Part shown: positions 44,786-49,874 of the stretch, one piece after another
Numbering within the stretch: position 1 is the stretch's first letter
Layout: every line of letters begins with the position of its first letter
Source of the DNA: a bacterium
Lineage (GTDB): Bacteria; Elusimicrobiota; Elusimicrobia; UBA1565; UBA9628
Direction: 5' to 3'
Length of the DNA: 49,874 nucleotides
NCBI GenBank assembly: GCA_021806745.1
Contig: JAJZQS010000003.1
Span: 1-49,874, forward strand
Made by a program: the position numbers and the translations under genes
The notes under the pieces: generated by a model
The model's database searches: none
Told to the model about the DNA's origin: nothing
What the model saw: the letters and a program-made list of their open reading frames with translations, nothing else

Positions 44786-45180
44786 GCGCCCATCCGCCAC
44801 GGCCTCGCCTCTCCCGCGCCGTGGGGAAGCGCGAGCAGTCGGCGGACTTCCTCGCGCAGGACATGGACTTCGAAGGGCTTGGTCAAATACGCGTCGGCGC
44901 CCGAGTCCAGCGCTTCTTTGGCCGCCGTGGTGTCGTGTTCGCCCGTCAGCACCAGCACCGGTAGTTCCGGGCGCGCCGCACGCAGGGCGCGCAAAACCGC
45001 CATTCCGCCCAGGCCCGGCATCGCCAAATCCAGGATCACCGCTGCGGGAGAAAACTTAAGCTGCGCCAAGCCGTCACCGCCGTCAACGGCCTCCCTCACC
45101 TCGCAGAACTCCGCCAGCGCCAGGCGCACCACCCGACGCAACTCAGGATCATCGTCGACGACGAGAATCGGTCTCTTCAC
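44782..45180 (-). CDS. Single-domain response regulator (REC)
   Basis: ILVVDDD, LDLAMPGLGG, LT, GADAYLTKPF. Confidence 0.9.
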   Translation of the reverse strand: MKRPILVVDDDPELRRVVRLALAEFCEVREAVDGGDGLAQLKFSPAAVILDLAMPGLGGMAVLRALRAARPELPVLVLTGEHDTTAAKEALDSGADAYLTKPFEVHVLREEVRRLLALPHGAGEARPWRMGA

Positions 45181-45199
45181 GCTCCAGGCGCGCCGCGCG

Positions 45200-48100
45200 C
45201 TACGGCTTCTTCTTGACGATCACATACAAGGCGGGCAAAAAGTTCAAGGTGAAGAACGTCGCCGCGAGCAGGCCGCCGACCACCGCGCGCGCCAGCGGCG
45301 CGTTGACGCCCGACAGCGACGAGGGCAGAAGCGCGATCACCGTCGAAATTGCCGTCATCAGGATCGGGCGCAGGCGCGTCATGCCCGCCTCGCGCATCGC
45401 CAGGTCGGCCGGAATGCCGGAGGCCATGCGCTCGTTTGCGAAGTCGGTCAAGATCACGCTGTTGGACACGATGATGCCGATGAGCATGATCACGCCCATC
45501 AGGCTTTGGATGTTGACGGTGGTGCCGGTCAAAAACAGCATCCAGATCACGCCGAAAAAGCCCATCGGCACCGTGGCCAGGATCAGCAACGGGTCGACGA
45601 AGCTCTTGAGCTGGGCGACGATCAGCAGGAAAATCAGCACCAGGGACAAGACCATGCCGACGCCGAGGTCTCCGAACGACGCCCGCATGGCCGCGATCGT
45701 GCCGCCCCAGACCGCTTTATATCCGCGGGGCAGAGGCGACTTCTCCAATATCTTCTCCACGTCCGAGGCCACCGAGCCGATGTCGCGCCCGGTCACGTTG
45801 GCCATCACGTCGAAGGAGCGCTGGATCGCGTAGTGCGAGATCTCCACGGGCACCGTCATCATCTTCAGGGTCGCCACGTTGCGCAGCAGCGTCGGAGTCG
45901 CGCCGCTTTCCATCGCGCGCGCCGACGGGTTGATCGGGATGTTTTCGATGGTCTGGCGCGAATCGATGTCGATTTCCGGATACTGCGCGCCGATGAAGTA
46001 GTTGTTGCCGGTGACCGGGTCGTCCCAGAAGTTCAACGCGAACAGGACGCTCGAGTTCAGCGCGGTGATCACGTTTTTCATCACATCGTCCGAGGTCAGG
46101 CCCAGGTAGGCCGCCTTCGTCCGGTTGATGTTCATGTCGATGTCCGGGTAGTCCAGCTCCTGCTCCACGAACGAGTCCGTCACCCCGGGCACGCGCCGGA
46201 CCTTGTCGAGCATCTGCTGCGCCAGTGCCGATCCTTTGTCCAAATCCGGACCGACGATGCGCAAGTCCAGCGGCGACAGCGCGCCGTAGTTGAGCGCCGT
46301 CGACACCGGGTCGAGCAAGGTGTAGGTGAAGTGCGTGCCCGGATAGAGCTTCGTCAGTTCCGGACGCAGCCGCTCGATGGCCTGACCCGCCGCCACCCCC
46401 GCCTTCTCGTTCATCTCGATTTCAAGCAGAGCGTCGTGCGGCGCGGAGTTCGGGCTGTAGGCCGCCGCCCAGCTCGGCAGCACGCCGATGTTCGACAGCA
46501 CGGCATCCACGCTGTCCTTGGGGAGGATCGTGCGGATGCTCTTGGAAATGTCGGCCACCAACTTGCTGGTCAGCTCGATGCGCGTGCCCGTCTCCGTGCG
46601 CACCCGCATGGCGAACATTCCCGAGTCGTTGGCCGGGAAGAATTCGTTGCCGAGCAAAGGCGTCAACAGCAGGGACAACCCCAGCGCCCCGGTCGACAAC
46701 ACCACCACCACCTTGGGGTTGGCGATCGACCAGTCCAGCATCTGCTGATAGCGGGCGCGGAAAGCCTCCCACCCGCGGTCGAAGATCTGCACGGCCTTGG
46801 GCTTGGGACCATGCCCGTGCTCGCTCTTGGGCTTGAGCAGCCGCGCCGCCGCCAGCGGGACGATCGACATCGCCGTGAAATACGACAGCAAGATCGAGAT
46901 GCACACAGTCAGCGCCAGCGGGATGAACAGGTATCGCCCCAAGCCTTGGAAAAACACCACCGGCAGGAACACGATCATCAGCGCGATCGTCGACACCAGC
47001 ACCGGCAAGGCCACCTCGTCGGCCCCCTGCTCGGCCGCCACCCGCGGCTCGCGCCCGTGCTCGAGAAGGCGCTCGATGTTCTCGAGCACCACGACCGCGT
47101 CGTCGATCAAGCGCCCGGTCACCAGCGCCAGCCCGCCCAAGGTCATCAAATTCAGGGATTGGCCCAGGAAGTAGAGGCCGACCATGCAGCCGATGATCGA
47201 AAGCGGAATCGCCAAGCTCGCGATGAAGGTCGGCTTGATGTCGCCGAGGAAAAAGTAGATCGTGATCGCGGCCAGGATGATGCCGACGACGAGTTCCCGG
47301 ATCACGTCGTGGATCGCGTCGCCGATGCGCGTCGACTGGTCGAACAAAATGTGGATCTGGCTGTTGGGCGCGATGGCGTCGAGGATGTCGGGGATCTCCG
47401 CCTTGATTTCGGCCACCACCGACAGAGTGTTGGCCCCCAAGCTGCGGAAAATCGGAATGAAGGCCTGCTCGACCCCGTTGACCTGCACGACGTTGGTCTG
47501 GATCGCCGACGCGTCTCGCGTGTGGCCGATGTCCTTGATGAAGATCGGCGAATCGCGCACCACCTTGACCGGCAGGGTGTCGAAATCCGCGACCGTGGGC
47601 ACCATGCCGTTGGAGCTGATGCTGTAGTCGTAGCGGCCCATCTTCGCGTCGCCGGTCGGGATCATCTCGTTGCCCTTGGACAGGGTCTTGACCACGTCCA
47701 TCGGCGACAAGCCGTAGCCGGCCAGCTTGCGCCGGTCCAGGAAGGTCATGATCTCGCGCAACTTCCCGCCGAACACCACCGGCGCCACCGCCCCGGGCAG
47801 CGCGTTGAGCATGTTGCGCACGATGTAGTTCGATTCGTCCCAAATCTTGGCCTGGCTGAGGTTGGGCGTGTAGATCGTCGACACGGCCACCGGCAGGGCC
47901 GCGGTCGGATCGTATCCCATCACGATCGGCGGCAGGGTTCCCGGCGGCAGGTAGTGAAGGTCCGACATCACCAGCGTGCTGATCTGCGCCAGCGCGTTGT
48001 TCGGATCGAACCCCGGGGTGAAAAAGCAGTTCAGGATGCTGACGCCGATCATCGAGCGAGACTCGATGTGGTCGAGGCCCGACGCCTGCGCCAGCCAGCG

Positions 48101-48298
48101 CTCCAGGCGGTTGGTGATGTCCATCTCCATCACCTCGGCCGGCATGCCGGTATAGGTGGTGACCACCATGACCGCCGGAAGGCGGAACGCCGGCAGAATG
48201 TCCATGGGCAGCCGCAACATGCAGAACACGCCCAGCACCATGATCATCAGCGCCACCACGATGATCGTGTACGGCGCGCGGAAGGCGAACTTGACCAT
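45200..48298 (-). CDS. RND efflux permease (AcrB/CusA superfamily)
   Basis: 1032 aa; LPMDILP, LNLMTLGGLAL..G.LIDDAVVVLENI, RLRPILMT, PLARAVVGGL. Confidence 0.93.
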   Translation of the reverse strand: MVKFAFRAPYTIIVVALMIMVLGVFCMLRLPMDILPAFRLPAVMVVTTYTGMPAEVMEMDITNRLERWLAQASGLDHIESRSMIGVSILNCFFTPGFDPNNALAQISTLVMSDLHYLPPGTLPPIVMGYDPTAALPVAVSTIYTPNLSQAKIWDESNYIVRNMLNALPGAVAPVVFGGKLREIMTFLDRRKLAGYGLSPMDVVKTLSKGNEMIPTGDAKMGRYDYSISSNGMVPTVADFDTLPVKVVRDSPIFIKDIGHTRDASAIQTNVVQVNGVEQAFIPIFRSLGANTLSVVAEIKAEIPDILDAIAPNSQIHILFDQSTRIGDAIHDVIRELVVGIILAAITIYFFLGDIKPTFIASLAIPLSIIGCMVGLYFLGQSLNLMTLGGLALVTGRLIDDAVVVLENIERLLEHGREPRVAAEQGADEVALPVLVSTIALMIVFLPVVFFQGLGRYLFIPLALTVCISILLSYFTAMSIVPLAAARLLKPKSEHGHGPKPKAVQIFDRGWEAFRARYQQMLDWSIANPKVVVVLSTGALGLSLLLTPLLGNEFFPANDSGMFAMRVRTETGTRIELTSKLVADISKSIRTILPKDSVDAVLSNIGVLPSWAAAYSPNSAPHDALLEIEMNEKAGVAAGQAIERLRPELTKLYPGTHFTYTLLDPVSTALNYGALSPLDLRIVGPDLDKGSALAQQMLDKVRRVPGVTDSFVEQELDYPDIDMNINRTKAAYLGLTSDDVMKNVITALNSSVLFALNFWDDPVTGNNYFIGAQYPEIDIDSRQTIENIPINPSARAMESGATPTLLRNVATLKMMTVPVEISHYAIQRSFDVMANVTGRDIGSVASDVEKILEKSPLPRGYKAVWGGTIAAMRASFGDLGVGMVLSLVLIFLLIVAQLKSFVDPLLILATVPMGFFGVIWMLFLTGTTVNIQSLMGVIMLIGIIVSNSVILTDFANERMASGIPADLAMREAGMTRLRPILMTAISTVIALLPSSLSGVNAPLARAVVGGLLAATFFTLNFLPALYVIVKKKP

Positions 48299-48301
48299 GG
48301 C

Positions 48302-49471
48302 CTATTTCTCCACGGCGGCGGCGGGAGCGGCCGCCGCGGGCGACTGGACGTCCACCTTCATCCCGTCGGCCAGGGCCGCGCCGCCTTGCAAGATGACCTG
48401 GTCGCCGGCGGAAACGCCGGAAACGACTTCCACATCGGTGATGGTGTTGAGGCCGATCTTGATCGGCGCGAGATGCGCGACGCCGTTCTTGGCGACGAAA
48501 ACATACTGGTTGTCTTCCTCGCCTTGAACCGCCTCGCGCGGGAGGACCAAGGCCTTGTCCTTGTGCTCCAGCACGAGCTCCGCGTTGGCGAACATGCCCG
48601 CGTGGAGTTTCCCCTGGGGGTTTTCGATGTCGACGAGCACGCGGCGGGTCTTGGTGTCTTCCTTCATCAAGTCGTCGATGCGCGTGACGTGGCCGACGAA
48701 GACATCGTCGGGAAACGAATCGACCTTGATGTTCGCGCGCGAGCCCAGGTGGACCTCGCCGACGTCGACTTGCGGCACGTCCAGAGAGACGCGCAGGATG
48801 CTCTCGTCGACCACGATGAAAATGGGTTTGGCGGACTGGTTCTCGGTGGCTTTGGTGATCAAATCGCCGGGATAGTTGAAGCGGCGCGCGACTTGGCCGT
48901 CGAACGGGGCGGTGATGTGCGTGTAGGCGAGGTTGGCCGCCGCGTTCTGAAGCTGGGCCCGGGCCTCGGCGGCCTTGGCGACGATGTCCTCATACTCCTG
49001 CTCCGAGATCACTTGGCCTTTGACCAACTGCTCGTAACGCAGCCTGGTGGCCTGCTGGAAGTCGTCGTCGGCCTTGGCGCGGTTGTAGGCTTGGACCACG
49101 TCGGGGGCGTCGATGTCGGCCATGGGCTGCCCCGCCTTGACGGTGTCGCCCTCGTCGACGTAGAGCTTCTTCAAATAGCCGTCGACATGCGCGTAGATGC
49201 TGGCCTGGCGCAGGCCCTCGACGTCGGCCGGAAGCTTCAGCACCCGGTCCATGGGCTGATAGCGGGGGGTGGTCACGCTGACCATGGGCAGGTCGCTGGT
49301 CTTGTGGTCCAGAGCCGCGCGCGTGATCGCCACGCGCACGACCACGAGCGCCGCCATGACCGCCAGAACGGCAAGTCCCGCCCGAGATCCAAGCAGCCTC
49401 AAGGTTTGGGCCTTCCAGTCCGGGGCCACGCCTCGGGGGGTCATGTCTTTATGCTCCGCTTCCACGTTCAT
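48302..49471 (-). CDS. RND periplasmic adaptor (membrane fusion protein)
   Basis: N-terminal TM helix, VDEGD.VKAGQ, ITAPFDG.V, TRRV, L.AGMFA, V.SG.SAGDQVI. Confidence 0.93.
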   Translation of the reverse strand: MNVEAEHKDMTPRGVAPDWKAQTLRLLGSRAGLAVLAVMAALVVVRVAITRAALDHKTSDLPMVSVTTPRYQPMDRVLKLPADVEGLRQASIYAHVDGYLKKLYVDEGDTVKAGQPMADIDAPDVVQAYNRAKADDDFQQATRLRYEQLVKGQVISEQEYEDIVAKAAEARAQLQNAAANLAYTHITAPFDGQVARRFNYPGDLITKATENQSAKPIFIVVDESILRVSLDVPQVDVGEVHLGSRANIKVDSFPDDVFVGHVTRIDDLMKEDTKTRRVLVDIENPQGKLHAGMFANAELVLEHKDKALVLPREAVQGEEDNQYVFVAKNGVAHLAPIKIGLNTITDVEVVSGVSAGDQVILQGGAALADGMKVDVQSPAAAAPAAAVEK

Positions 49472-49874
49472 TTCATGTTCTCCAACGGAAGATTGACCGC
49501 GGTTTCCAGCGTCTTGACGGCGGTGGCCAGGCCGTAGACGGCTTTAAGCTCCTCGGCCTCGGCGTTGAACTCGGAAGTCTCCGCGATCAAAAGCTCAAGG
49601 ATCGTGCCCACGCCGGCGGCATAACGCTTCTGACCCAGGTCCAGGTTTTCCTTGGCGTAGACCAGCGCCTCCTCGGCCACGTCGCGATTTTGCTCCGCGC
49701 GGGAGAGGTTCAAGTAGGCGTTGGAAACGTCTTCCTCCACGAACAGGCGCTCTTTCTCCAACTGCGCGCGCGCCGCGTCGCGCCGCGCCGAGAGTTCGCG
49801 GATGTGGAAAGGCGTGTAGAGTCCGTCGAAGAAATTCCACGAGGCGGCCAAGCCGATGTTCCAGACCTTCTCCA
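49468..49874 (-). CDS. TolC-family outer membrane efflux protein, C-terminal part (truncated by the window edge)
   Basis: WNFFDG, V.NAY..L, A.ENL.L...RY.AG.GT.LELL.AE; directly upstream of the MFP and RND genes. Confidence 0.88.
   Translation of the reverse strand, partial: EKVWNIGLAASWNFFDGLYTPFHIRELSARRDAARAQLEKERLFVEEDVSNAYLNLSRAEQNRDVAEEALVYAKENLDLGQKRYAAGVGTILELLIAETSEFNAEAEELKAVYGLATAVKTLETAVNLPLENMK

Noticed and set aside
44669-49537. 1622-aa plus-strand ORF
   Set aside because: Antisense shadow of the RND/MFP genes. High GC3 codon bias removes stops on the opposite strand, and the translation has no recognisable domain.

Overview
High-GC (~68-70% by eye) bacterial chromosomal window from a diderm organism. 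The style of the exported Ala/Pro-rich proteins suggests Elusimicrobiota, but that is only an impression. Contents in order: the 3' end of etfA; an MFS transporter with an unexpected signal peptide and ~200-aa Ala/Pro linker; a c-di-AMP module (CdaA plus a DHH phosphoesterase); a complete but circularly permuted complex I operon (nuoJKLMN-ABC-[44-aa lipoprotein]-DEFGHI) with a non-canonical NuoF nucleotide-binding loop; membrane and secreted hypotheticals; a REC + metallo-beta-lactamase pair; a YfhO + orphan BcsG surface-modification pair; a cobalamin riboswitch-btuB locus separated from a CWC/Dph6-like gene by a two-lipoprotein insert and a degenerate copy of the btuB 3' end; a tandem SPFH pair; panB-hydrolase-panC; a split GT39-like gene; a secreted DUF3626-like protein; a TPR protein; a Glu/Leu/Phe/Val dehydrogenase; a WG-repeat protein; a two-component system; and an RND efflux system. 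Many transcription units have a -10 box 6-9 nt before the start codon, implying leaderless mRNAs. A shared ~45-bp upstream element sits at the same position before two unrelated exported-protein genes. No rRNA, tRNA, CRISPR array or transposase was recognised. Family assignments come from motif recognition by eye, not database searches.
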